Shown here: piece after piece, positions 22,769-32,000 of the stretch
How the letters are laid out: each line of letters opens with the position of its first letter
How positions within the stretch are numbered: position 1 is the first letter of the stretch
NCBI RefSeq assembly: GCF_900095195.1
Contig: NZ_LT606950.1
Span: forward strand, 665,206-697,205
Reading direction: 5' to 3'
Length of the DNA stretch: 32,000 bases
From: Polynucleobacter necessarius
GTDB lineage: Bacteria > Pseudomonadota > Gammaproteobacteria > Burkholderiales > Burkholderiaceae
Translations under genes and position numbers: made by a program
The notes under the pieces: generated by a model
Told to the model about the DNA's origin: nothing
The model's database searches: none
Seen by the model: only the letters and a program-made list of their open reading frames with translations

Positions 22769-23626
22769 ATGTGCTTAATTCTCTTCGCCTGGAATTTTCA
22801 TCCTGACTATTCGTTGGTGGTGGCTGCGAGTCGCGATGAATTTTATGAGCGCGATACGGAAGGTATTTCGTATTGGCCTGAACACCCTCATTTATTAGCT
22901 GGGCGTGATCGTGCTGATGTTTTGGGTAGTCCTGGTACTTGGCTAGGATTTACAAAGTCTGGAAAATTTGTTGCCGTTACAAACGTTCGTGCACCAAGCG
23001 AAAAAAATCCAGATGCAAGGACCCGTGGCGAACTGTCATTTATGTATCTAACAAGCAACCATAAACCTGGTGCCTTTGTAGATAAGAATGCTAAGCGTTT
23101 TAATCCCTATAACGGTTTCAATTTCCCGATGGCCGACTTAAGCGATCCTGGAAATGCTGAAATGCACTGGATCAGCAACCGTATGCTGATGGGTCAAAGT
23201 ATTCGACCCCGCAAGGTGTTCCCGCATCAACCATTGGCCCAAAGTGTTTACGGTTTATCGAATGCCATGCTCGATACCCCTTGGGCCAAGGTAAACCATC
23301 GTGTCGCCGCCTTTGCGAAAGCCTTGGCAGTAGATCGGGGGCAACTCAAGGGTGCTGACCAATACCTAAAGGTGTTAGCGGATACGCGTTATGCCAGTGA
23401 TCATGAATTGCCAAACACTGGGGTAAGCAAAGAATGGGAAAAAGCACTCTCCCCTGCTTTTATCAAAACCCCGTCCTACGGAACTCGTTCGAGCACGTTA
23501 TTGAGGGTTCGAAAAGATGGTCAATTTGAAATGGTAGAGCGTCGCTTTGATGCTACCGGTACTGTTGGTCACGATGTCATAACCGGTACACTCACCCTCA
23601 CCTCAGGATCCAACCTGTCGGTTTAA
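22769..23626 (+). CDS. NRDE-family (DUF833/TANGO2-like) protein
   Basis: 285 aa starting MCLILFAW.. (N-terminal Cys right after Met) with ..VAASRDEFYER.., typical for the NRDE family. Confidence 0.8.
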   Translation: MCLILFAWNFHPDYSLVVAASRDEFYERDTEGISYWPEHPHLLAGRDRADVLGSPGTWLGFTKSGKFVAVTNVRAPSEKNPDARTRGELSFMYLTSNHKPGAFVDKNAKRFNPYNGFNFPMADLSDPGNAEMHWISNRMLMGQSIRPRKVFPHQPLAQSVYGLSNAMLDTPWAKVNHRVAAFAKALAVDRGQLKGADQYLKVLADTRYASDHELPNTGVSKEWEKALSPAFIKTPSYGTRSSTLLRVRKDGQFEMVERRFDATGTVGHDVITGTLTLTSGSNLSV

Positions 23627-24115
23627 TTAAGACGAGCGCTGATCTTCGTTGATGACGCGTTCACCACTTGCCCCTCGAGATGGTAGACGTTTGATGTATT
23701 GGAATGTTCCGGTAGCCATACAACAGATCTCCCCTTGATCGTTATAGAGCTTTGCATCACAAAATGCCATGGTTGCCGTCCTGCGAACCGTATCCGCTTT
23801 CACTCGCAAAATACCTGCGCCGCCTGCATAAAGTTATTCTTCAACTCGATCGTGACAACGCTGCGGTCCCCTGGGTCTCCAGATCGAGCAGCGACTGCCA
23901 TCGCGACATCCATGAGGGTTAATAAAATCCGCCGTGAGCAACCGACCAAGTGTTAGTGTGCTCGGGTTTTAAGGCAAGCAGAGTTTCACCCTTACCCATC
24001 TCCGCACTCAAAAAACGCACACCTAGCAATTTCAAAAAAGGGGGCGTTTAGCTCCTCACCTAAGTTAGCCAATTGAGTTTGCGGATTAAATTGATTTATG
24101 AGGCTTGTGCACCAT
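23627..24115 (-). pseudogene. PaaI-family (hotdog-fold) thioesterase, multiply frameshifted
   Basis: Homologous pieces lie in different minus-strand frames. They are MVHKPHKSI, then NPQTQLANLGEELNAPFFEI and LLGVRFLSAEMGKGETLLALKPEHTNTWSVAHGG. After those come LLTLMDVAMAVAARSGDPGDRSVVTIELKNNFMQAA and, last, RVKADTVRRTATMAFCDAKLYNDQGEICCMATGTF. About 4 frameshifts in total. Tracked ORFs 23627-23809 and 23992-24186 are fragments of it. Confidence 0.8.
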
Positions 24116-24141
24116 TTTGGGAATACTCCTAGAATAGCCTT

Positions 24142-24927
24142 ATGGCGTTTTCTCTTCGTGGCGACGATGTTTGCTAGCATATTCAACCAACTCCAATTCC
24201 TAATCTATGCTGGGTGGGATTTTCTGCAGGCGTCGCTAAGTTACTGGGCATTGAGTTGAATGCTAGCGGCCTACCATCGGATCCTCAGTGGCTAGATGTA
24301 TTGGCGGGAAACGCACTAGCAACCAACACCCATCGTTTTTCAGATCCAATCTCCACCGTTTACAGTGGGCACCAATTTGGAGTCTGGGCGGGACAACTTG
24401 GCGATGGCAGAGCAATTCTGCTGGGCGAACTGAATGGTTTTGAATTGCAGTTAAAAGGGTCTGGTCAAACTCGCTACTCTCGGATGGGAGATGGACGTGC
24501 AGTATTACGATCCTCCATTCGAGAATTTTTATGTAGCGAGGCTATGCATGCACTAGGCATACCAACTACGCGAGCTTTATCAGTGGTTGGCTCTGAATTA
24601 TCCGTACGAAGAGAAACGATTGAAACAGCGGCGGTATGCGCCCGAGTAGCACCGAGCTTTCTGCGTATTGGCCATTTTGAACACTTTGCATCCCAGCAAA
24701 ATAGTGTGCGCCTTAAAGAGTTGGCTGATTTGCTCATCGAGCATCACTATCTTCGTAATCATTTGGCTCAGAATGCTATCGAGAAAGCACAGAGCCATGA
24801 TTTTGCTGAGCTGAATACCCTACTCGCCATCTTAACTAAACCCTTTGATGAACAGACTGCATTCCACAACTACTCGCTACCTCCGCCTGAAGGTTTGGAG
24901 TGAGTTGAAGTAAGTTGCTCTTCTTAG
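24142..24927 (+). pseudogene. selO: protein adenylyltransferase SelO (YdiU), nonsense mutations plus a large internal deletion
   Basis: The ATG at 24142 gives MAFSLRGDDVC, then TAG (24175-24177), then [24 protein letters not shown]... in the same frame. The N-lobe is intact ([69 protein letters not shown]). After ..LIEHHY the sequence jumps directly to the C-terminal helix [28 protein letters not shown], so ~250 codons of catalytic core are missing. TGA (24901-24903) is followed in frame by VEVSCSS-TAG, the conserved SelO tail. Confidence 0.85.
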
Positions 24928-24950
24928 TATTGACCATTGACGAAATCATC

Positions 24951-25361
24951 ATGAAAAAAACCGACCCAGAATACAAACAGGTGTTAAGCGATATTGAATA
25001 TCGTGTTACTCGTGAAGCTGCTACTGAACGCCCTTTTACAGGCAAGTATTGGGACCATTGGCATCAGGGTAAATACAAGTGCATCTGTTGCGATACCCCG
25101 CTTTTTGCATCGGATACCAAGTTCGATGCTGGTTGTGGCTGGCCCAGTTATAACGCCCCGGAAAATCCGAAAACCATTAAAGAGGTTCGCGATACCTCTC
25201 ATGGCATGATTCGCACCGAGGTGCGTTGTGCAAACTGTGATGCACACTTAGGCCATGTTTTTGACGATGGGCCCATGCCTACTGGTCTACGCTACTGCAT
25301 AAATTCGGCATCGCTGCAATTTGAACCTAGTGAAAATGCCAAGCCTAATCAGGATAAATGA
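24951..25361 (+). CDS. msrB: peptide-methionine (R)-S-oxide reductase
   Basis: ORF 24915-25361 trimmed to the ATG at 24951 ([22 protein letters not shown]..). Two CxxC pairs (CICC.., CANC) and RYCINS catalytic motif. Confidence 0.95.
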   Translation: MKKTDPEYKQVLSDIEYRVTREAATERPFTGKYWDHWHQGKYKCICCDTPLFASDTKFDAGCGWPSYNAPENPKTIKEVRDTSHGMIRTEVRCANCDAHLGHVFDDGPMPTGLRYCINSASLQFEPSENAKPNQDK

Positions 25362-25424
25362 CTTTATATAGACCCAGCGCCTGATATTGAGTTTCCTCAT
25401 AGAAATAGTTGGATAATCTCCCCC

Positions 25425-25973
25425 ATGAAATTTTTATTCGATCTATTCCCTATCATTCTGTTTTTTATCGCCTTTAAATTAGCCGATATTTATACGGCAA
25501 CCATTGTTGCCATGATTGCAACCATCGGTCAAATCCTCTGGGTCTATTACCGCCATCGCAAAATTGATGCCATGCAGTGGGTTAGCCTGGTGATGATCAT
25601 TGTTTTTGGTAGCCTGACCATTTTCTTGCATGATAAAACCTTCATTCAATTGAAGCCCACAGCTCTGTATTGGCTTTTTTCTGGAGCATTATTCATTAGC
25701 GCCCAGTTTTTCAATAAGAACTGGATCCAAATTCTGGTGGGCAAGCAAGTGACGCTCAAGGCCGAACGTGCGCATTCCGTATGGCACCAGCTCAATATCG
25801 CTTGGGCAAGCTTCTTCTTCTTCATGGGCGCCCTCAATCTCTATATTGCTTTTGAGTTTTCTGAAGAAACATGGGTCAATTTCAAGCTGTTTGGTAGCGC
25901 TGGGTTATTGATCGTTTTTGTCATCATTCAAGGTGTTTGGCTCTCAAAGCACATGGAACATCCAGAGCAATGA
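25425..25973 (+). CDS. yciB: intracellular septation protein A (YciB/IspZ)
   Basis: 182 aa starting MKFLFDLFPIILFF.. with five predicted TM segments, typical YciB. Confidence 0.9.
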   Translation: MKFLFDLFPIILFFIAFKLADIYTATIVAMIATIGQILWVYYRHRKIDAMQWVSLVMIIVFGSLTIFLHDKTFIQLKPTALYWLFSGALFISAQFFNKNWIQILVGKQVTLKAERAHSVWHQLNIAWASFFFFMGALNLYIAFEFSEETWVNFKLFGSAGLLIVFVIIQGVWLSKHMEHPEQ

Positions 25974-26254
25974 ATATCAATCAAAAACGGATTTCAATGT
26001 TTGGGGCGGATCTGAATAAGTCTTTCACGATTCAGAAACTCACAATTGAGGATGAAAGCCACCTTCATTCTGGGCATGCTGGCGCAGCCAGTGGCGGAGG
26101 CCACTTCAAGCTCAGTATTGTGGCTCCAGAGTTTCAGGGGTTGACCGCGGTTGCCAGGCACCGAGCCGTATATGCAGCACTCAACCGCCATATTCCCACT
26201 GAAATTCATGCATTAACGATCACCGCCCTCACCCCACAGCAGGCTGGTTTCTAG
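25970..26254 (+). CDS. BolA-family protein
   Basis: ORF 25937-26254 trimmed to the ATG at 25970, which overlaps the yciB stop (ATGA). Motifs DESHLHSGHAG..HFKL..V..F.G...V.RHR.VY..L...IHAL. Confidence 0.85.
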   Translation: MNINQKRISMFGADLNKSFTIQKLTIEDESHLHSGHAGAASGGGHFKLSIVAPEFQGLTAVARHRAVYAALNRHIPTEIHALTITALTPQQAGF

Positions 26255-26298
26255 CCTGCTTTACACTTTACCCATTCATTTTTTAATTGAGAATCACT

Positions 26299-27105
26299 AT
26301 GTTCAAAAATCGCCATCTCGTCACTATTGGTCTTGCGGTCTCTCTCCTTTCGATGCATGCTGCTGCGCAAAATGCCGTGATCGTAAACGGCAAACCCATT
26401 CCGAAAGCGCAACTCGATAAATTGGTTCAAAAGTTTGGACAACCAGATAACCCACAAGTACGCGATAAGGCTCGTGAAATGTTGGTCACCCGAGAATTAA
26501 TTCTTCAGGAAGCTGATAAACGTGGTGTAACTCAGAATGAGTCTGTGCGCGAACAGCTTGAACAGTCTCGCGTCGGAATTTTAGTTGCAGCCGTTTTCGA
26601 GGACTATGTCGAAAAAGAAGGCGTAACCGAGGCAGAGTTAAAAGCCGCATACGAATCAGTAAAAACGCAAAATACCGGCAAGGAATACCGTGTTGAACAT
26701 ATTCTGGTTGAAAAAGAATCAGATGCAAAAGCCATCATCGCCCAATTAAAAGCCGGTGGAAACTTTGAAGAAATTGCTAAGGCCAAAATTGCTAAGGCCA
26801 AATCAAAAGATCCAGGCTCAGCCCTAAATGGCGAAGATTTGGGTTATGTCAGCGATAAGTCTCTTGTCCCAGGGTTTTCTAAGGCGATGGTTCAACTCAA
26901 GAATGGTCAAGTAACCGACAAACCGGTTAAAACCCAATTTGGTTGGCACATTATTAAGATGATTGATTCGCGCGATACCAAAGCGCCAAGCTTTGAAGAA
27001 ATGAAAGCTCAGCTAAAACAAATGATTGCCTCCGATCAAAATTGGCAAAAGGCGAAGTTCTCGGAAATGATGCAAAAATTGCGCGCGAAAGCAAAAACTC
27101 AGTAA
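26299..27105 (+). CDS. periplasmic parvulin-type peptidyl-prolyl cis-trans isomerase
   Basis: ATG at 26299 (MFKNRHLVTIGLAVSLLSMHAAAQ signal peptide). Parvulin domain EYRVEHILV..DLGYV..LVPGFSKA..FGWHIIK. Contains an in-frame 15-bp tandem duplication (IAKAK-IAKAK). Confidence 0.9.
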   Translation: MFKNRHLVTIGLAVSLLSMHAAAQNAVIVNGKPIPKAQLDKLVQKFGQPDNPQVRDKAREMLVTRELILQEADKRGVTQNESVREQLEQSRVGILVAAVFEDYVEKEGVTEAELKAAYESVKTQNTGKEYRVEHILVEKESDAKAIIAQLKAGGNFEEIAKAKIAKAKSKDPGSALNGEDLGYVSDKSLVPGFSKAMVQLKNGQVTDKPVKTQFGWHIIKMIDSRDTKAPSFEEMKAQLKQMIASDQNWQKAKFSEMMQKLRAKAKTQ

Positions 27106-27123
27106 AGCGCTCGTGATGCTTGT

Positions 27124-28287
27124 TTAATTTTTTCTGGCAGGATAGCGGCGAGGACGCATTTTTTGAATCGCCATGCCTGCCAGTGCGCATGCAAATGCTG
27201 ACATAACAAACACATCCCCAGGTTGCGATATATCCCAGATCCAGCCGGCACACAATCCTCCAATAGTTCCTCCAAAGCCGTAAGATACGGTGGCCATGAT
27301 GGCTTGCCCCCGAGCTTGTAATGGGCCCGTGAACCATCGTTGCAATAACTTCGTGGCTCCACTATGGTGTGCGGCAAAGGTAGCGGCATGCATGATCTGC
27401 GCCACTATCAATACCGAGGTGAATGGCATGAAGGCAATCAGAATGAAGCGGATGACACCGATACCAAATGCGCCCTGCAATATAACCTCAGCATCCAAGC
27501 GACTAAGAAGTTTGTTTTGGAAGTAAAAAAATAATACCTCTGCCGCTACACCTAGCGCCCAAAAAAGACCAATCTGAAATTTATCGTAGCCTAGATTTGC
27601 CAGATATAGGGAATAGAATACATACAAAGAGGCGTGAGCAAAGATCATAAAAAACCCCGATACCAAAAACCAGCGAACGTCTGGATTGAGTAGAACTCCT
27701 ATTAATTCACCCTTCACCATTTTGCGACGCTCCATCTTGGGTTCGTGCAGGCAAAATGTGATGAGCGCTAAAGCAAACAATACAACTACGCCGACATACG
27801 GATAAAGCTCGATACCATTGCGCTGAAATAACTCGCCCGCAATGAGCACCATCGATATAAAGCCAATTGAGCCCCACAGTCTCAATCGACCGTAGCGCTT
27901 ATCAAAAGAATTGTCTTTATAGAGCGCGTGAATGGTCGCGGTTTCGCCCAAAGGCATTTGGCTACTCAATATGGTATGAAGTACAAACATCCATATAAAG
28001 AAGCTCAAGTAACTGTGTAAATAAAAAATACACAGAAAAACGAGCGCCGCTAAGCATGCGCAAATCCGAATTATCCCGATGCGGTTGGATAGGTAATCTG
28101 ATAACCATCCCCAGCTAAATGGGCCAACAATCCGAGTGATTTGCAGCATTGACATGAGTACTGCAATTTCGAGCGCACTAAAACCGCGATCAAGAAAAAA
28201 TAGGCTAGCGTATGGTGAAACCAAACCAACGTAAGCGAAATATAAAAAGAAAAAGGACCCGAAGGCCCAGCGAAGCACGGGCGACAT
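27124..28287 (-). CDS. MFS transporter (HcaT/PPP-like subfamily)
   Basis: 387 aa with ~12 predicted TM helices and an N-terminus (..FFFLYFAYVGLVSPYASLFFLDRGFS..) typical of the MFS_1-like family. Confidence 0.85.
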   Translation of the reverse strand: MSPVLRWAFGSFFFLYFAYVGLVSPYASLFFLDRGFSALEIAVLMSMLQITRIVGPFSWGWLSDYLSNRIGIIRICACLAALVFLCIFYLHSYLSFFIWMFVLHTILSSQMPLGETATIHALYKDNSFDKRYGRLRLWGSIGFISMVLIAGELFQRNGIELYPYVGVVVLFALALITFCLHEPKMERRKMVKGELIGVLLNPDVRWFLVSGFFMIFAHASLYVFYSLYLANLGYDKFQIGLFWALGVAAEVLFFYFQNKLLSRLDAEVILQGAFGIGVIRFILIAFMPFTSVLIVAQIMHAATFAAHHSGATKLLQRWFTGPLQARGQAIMATVSYGFGGTIGGLCAGWIWDISQPGDVFVMSAFACALAGMAIQKMRPRRYPARKN

Positions 28288-28301
28288 CTCAGATCAATAC
28301 G

Positions 28302-29417
28302 CTAATCGCTTTTGGAGCTTGGTCGTGCTGCAGGAATGGGTCCAATATCTAGCTTGACATCACCACATTGAGCGCGATGACGCATAGCATGATCCATTAA
28401 TACCAAAGCCAGCATTGCCTCTGCGATCGGCGTTGCTCGAATACCAACGCAGGGGTCATGACGACCCTTGGTTTGAACCGTAATTGGCTTACCATTGAGA
28501 TCAATCGATTGCTTAGGCGACATGATGCTCGAGGTCGGCTTAATGGCTATTGATACTCTCAGGTCTTGTCCAGTAGAAATGCCGCCCAAGGTTCCGCCAG
28601 CATTGTTTGTCGCAAAACCATCAGGATGAAGCTCATCCTGATGCTCGCTACCGCGTTGAGCAACTGACGCAAAGCCAGCACCAATTTCAACACCTTTTAC
28701 AGCGTTGATACCCATCATCGCATGCCCAATATCTGCATCCAATTTGTCAAACAGAGGTTCACCAAGGCCAACAGGAACATTTCGGGCTCGAACTTCAATA
28801 CGCGCACCACAGGAATCTCCTGCTTTACGTAATTCATCCATGTAGCTCTCGAGCTGAGGGATAACTTGCGCATTAGCAACAAAGAATGGATTTTGACCAA
28901 TCTGTGTGGCATCAACAAACGGAATGTTAATTTCCCCAAGCTGGCTCATGTAACCATAGAACTCAGTGCCATATTGTTGGTGTAACCATTTTTTGGCAAT
29001 TGCTGCCGCCGCAACGACTGGCGCGGTTAAGCGTGCAGACGAACGACCCCCACCCCGAGGATCGCGAAGACCATATTTATGGTGATATGCATAGTCAGCA
29101 TGACCAGGTCGAAATGTTTGCAAAATATCGCCGTAATCCTGACCGCGTTGATCCGTATTTCGAATTAAAAGGCCAATCGGCGCACCGGTAGTTTTGCCCT
29201 CAAACACTCCCGACAAAATTTCGACCCTATCCTCCTCCTTACGCTGTGTCACGTGGCGAGAAGTGCCCGGTTTGCGACGCTCCAAATCGGTTTGAAGGTC
29301 TGCTTCACTCAATGGCATGCCGGGCGGACAGCCATCGACCACCGCCCCAATGGCGGGTCCGTGTGATTCACCAAAGGTGGTAACTGTAAAAAGAAGGCCT
29401 AGAGTATTTCCTGACAT
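28302..29417 (-). CDS. aroC: chorismate synthase
   Basis: 371 aa starting [20 protein letters not shown], full-length AroC similarity. Confidence 0.97.
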   Translation of the reverse strand: MSGNTLGLLFTVTTFGESHGPAIGAVVDGCPPGMPLSEADLQTDLERRKPGTSRHVTQRKEEDRVEILSGVFEGKTTGAPIGLLIRNTDQRGQDYGDILQTFRPGHADYAYHHKYGLRDPRGGGRSSARLTAPVVAAAAIAKKWLHQQYGTEFYGYMSQLGEINIPFVDATQIGQNPFFVANAQVIPQLESYMDELRKAGDSCGARIEVRARNVPVGLGEPLFDKLDADIGHAMMGINAVKGVEIGAGFASVAQRGSEHQDELHPDGFATNNAGGTLGGISTGQDLRVSIAIKPTSSIMSPKQSIDLNGKPITVQTKGRHDPCVGIRATPIAEAMLALVLMDHAMRHRAQCGDVKLDIGPIPAARPSSKSD

Positions 29418-29460
29418 ACCGACATTATGTCATTTGTCAGAAATATAGGGCCAGAACAAC

Positions 29461-29916
29461 TTAATTGGTGGTTTTTTCTGCGTCTTCAGGCCAATCACGA
29501 ATATAGGCCTTCAGCATAGTGTTCTCGAAATCTTGCGCCTCTACTACAGATTTTGCAACGTCGTAGAACGAAATCACGCCCATGAGCATTTTTTGATCCA
29601 TGACTGGTAAATACCGCGCATGGTCTACCAACATCATGCGGCGTACTTCATCGATTTCTGTTTCCATGTTGCAAGTCAATGGCTTTTGATTCATGACAGA
29701 TCGGACTTGCAATCCATCTAATTTCCCGTGGTGTTTTGCTAATGCAGAGATAACTTCACGGAAGGTCAATATACCAACCAACTTGTCGTACTCCATCACA
29801 ACCAAAGAGCCAATGTTATGTTCGCTCATCACCAGCACAGCTGTTTGCAATACAGTATCTGGCGCAACCGTAAATAAAGTGCTGCCTTTTACACGCAAAA
29901 TGTCACGAACTTTCAT
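29461..29916 (-). CDS. CBS-domain pair protein
   Basis: ORF trimmed to MKVRDILRVKG (ATG 29914-29916, GGAG Shine-Dalgarno). Two CBS motifs in ~151 aa. Confidence 0.85.
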   Translation of the reverse strand: MKVRDILRVKGSTLFTVAPDTVLQTAVLVMSEHNIGSLVVMEYDKLVGILTFREVISALAKHHGKLDGLQVRSVMNQKPLTCNMETEIDEVRRMMLVDHARYLPVMDQKMLMGVISFYDVAKSVVEAQDFENTMLKAYIRDWPEDAEKTTN

Positions 29917-29992
29917 GGAGTCTCCAAACAATCAATGCATGGTTTCAATATAGACTCAAACAAGCCTTGAATCAAGACCTCTTAGACCGGTT

Positions 29993-30837
29993 TTAGTAAC
30001 GAATAACCCTAATGACGCCGCTACGAATGCTAGGTAGATTGGCCACCAAGACCGCTCCAGCCAGGGTGATCCACCATGTTAGGTATATCCAGTGGATGGC
30101 CAACTGGAAGACAGCAAAGGCGCCATAGATCGTCTTGTAGAAGGCGGTATGGGTCAAGAAAATCGCAAAGCCTTTCATACACTCAAAACTAAAAGCAGCA
30201 AAAAGCGCGCCACTAATCGCATCTTTCCATAAGATTTGCGAGTATGGAAGAGTTTTGTAAACCACCGTGTAGACCAATACCGCTAGAAGTATTGGCGCAA
30301 CCGTAGCAATTACACTGAAAGTTATGGAAATGGCTTCCGTCCAACCTTCGGATGCGCTAAATAAAACACCACTCAGATAGATGCCGATACCAAGCAATAT
30401 GAGCCCTAGCAAAGTTGCTGCGGTGTAGATGGCAATCTTTTTCATCAGTGGGCGACTTTTGAACCTTAAAGATCTGATTGAACGCCCCCTCAATGACCGA
30501 GAGCGTCATGATGGCTGTAATAAACAATCCTGCTAAACCCACCAAGGTCAGACCTCTTGCTTGCGCCGAAAATTGGTCTAAATAGATAAAAACCTGTTGA
30601 TTGATACCGCCAGGCATGTAGGTATCCAGCAACCAGCTTTTGAAAGCATTTTTCACCTGAATTACGCGGGGTAGATAGCCGATGAGGATGGTCGCAATAG
30701 TGACCCATGGGGACCAAGGACAAAATCGTGGTGTAGGCTAGGCTAGCCGCGATCTGATAGAGCTTTTGATCGCGATTACCCTCCCAAAGCTCCTTAGCTA
30801 GGGAGAGCCATAATTGAGGATTACGAAAAAGGCGCAT
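29993..30837 (-). pseudogene. yihY: YihY/BrkB-family inner-membrane protein, two frameshifts
   Basis: Three overlapping tracked ORFs are consecutive parts of one gene. MRLFRNPQLWLSLAKELWEGNRDQKLYQIAASLAYTTILSLVP shifts at a G4/C4 run near 30709-30712. The next piece, WVTIATILIGYLPRVIQVKNAFKSWLL..LSVIEGAFNQIFKVQK, shifts near 30450-30460. The last piece is RPLMKKIAIYTAATLLG...VIRY. Confidence 0.85.
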
Positions 30838-30856
30838 CGCCGTATCATAAGAGAAT

Positions 30857-31462
<606 letters not shown>

Positions 31463-31477
31463 CTACTAAGCCCCAAT

Positions 31478-31870
31478 ATGTTTAAAAACTTCCTGCACAA
31501 AAATCCGTATCAATTGCTAGCGACAGCAGCTTATATTGACCTCTTTATTTTGTGCGTTGCATGGGAGTGGTTTATCTCCCCTCTTCGTCCTGGCGGCTCG
31601 TGGTTAATCTTGAAGGGTGTGCCTTTGCTATTTGCAATTCCAGGCATTTGGAAAGGCAATGTCTACACCATGCAATGGGCTTCGATGCTCATCCTGCTCT
31701 ACATTACCGAAGGCTTGGTACGCATTCTAGAAACAGGCGCTAATTTTTGGATGGCAGTTCTCGAAACCTCATCCGCTACGATAGGCTTTGTATGTCTATT
31801 GATATATTTGAAGCCCATCAAAAAAGAAGCTACAGCATTGGCTAAGCAACAATCACAAACAACTGAGTAA
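31478..31870 (+). CDS. DUF2069-family membrane protein
   Basis: 130 aa with 4 predicted TM helices (..CVAWEWFISPLRPGGSWLILKGVPLL..). It holds the conserved position downstream of wrbA-type genes in Burkholderiales. Confidence 0.75.
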   Translation: MFKNFLHKNPYQLLATAAYIDLFILCVAWEWFISPLRPGGSWLILKGVPLLFAIPGIWKGNVYTMQWASMLILLYITEGLVRILETGANFWMAVLETSSATIGFVCLLIYLKPIKKEATALAKQQSQTTE

Positions 31871-32000
31871 TGCCGGGATTTATTGAACAACTGAGTCAGT
31901 TGCTGGATGGCAAATACATCTTGACACAAGATCAAGATAAGGCCCCCTACCTCACCGATTGGCGAAAGTGTTATAGCGGTAAAGCATTGGCGGTTGTTTT
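31870..32000 (+). CDS. FAD-linked oxidase (GlcD / D-2-hydroxyacid dehydrogenase-like), N-terminal part, continues past the window end
   Basis: The ATG at 31870 overlaps the upstream TAA (TAATG). MPGFIEQLSQLLDGKYILTQDQDKAPYLTDWRKCYSGKALAVV matches N-termini of FAD-binding PCMH-type oxidases. Confidence 0.6.
   Translation, partial: MPGFIEQLSQLLDGKYILTQDQDKAPYLTDWRKCYSGKALAVV

Noticed and set aside
24901-24903. The TGA eight codons before the end of selO as a possible selenocysteine codon, since eukaryotic SelO is a selenoprotein.
   Set aside because: In SelO the Sec/Cys position is the Cys of the terminal ..SCSS motif, which is encoded here by TGC after the TGA. This TGA sits at a different position. 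The gene also has an early TAG and a ~250-codon deletion, and I see no SECIS-like hairpin immediately downstream. A nonsense mutation is the simpler reading.

Overview
This is a core-chromosome segment of a moderately AT-rich betaproteobacterium (mid-40s %GC by eye, not computed). Gene content and order look Burkholderiales-like: gltX + tRNA-Ala/Glu/Asp, pyrG-kdsA-eno-ftsB, acnB, purL, mltG-tmk-holB-tatD, ygfZ, msrB, yciB-bolA-PPIase, aroC and wrbA-DUF2069. My best guess is a Polynucleobacter-type genome, which is an inference that needs BLAST. About 30 housekeeping genes read as intact and there are 3 tRNAs. I see no CRISPR array, IS element, integrase, prophage, toxin-antitoxin pair or recognisable defence island, and I cannot support a novel multi-gene system here. 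The notable signal is gene decay. Seven or eight genes are visibly dead while their neighbours are intact: hyi-like, hslO, an ankyrin-repeat gene, paaI-type thioesterase, selO, yihY and wrbA-type quinone oxidoreductase, plus a possible frameshifted membrane protein upstream of purL. They carry multiple frameshifts, nonsense codons and internal deletions, yet conserved motifs are still readable across frames. This is the pattern expected for ongoing reductive evolution, such as a host-restricted lineage. Smaller observations are an intact stand-alone HNH endonuclease with a palindrome in its leader, an A8/T8 tract at a frame junction, small tandem duplications, and a synthetase gene followed by its cognate tRNA.
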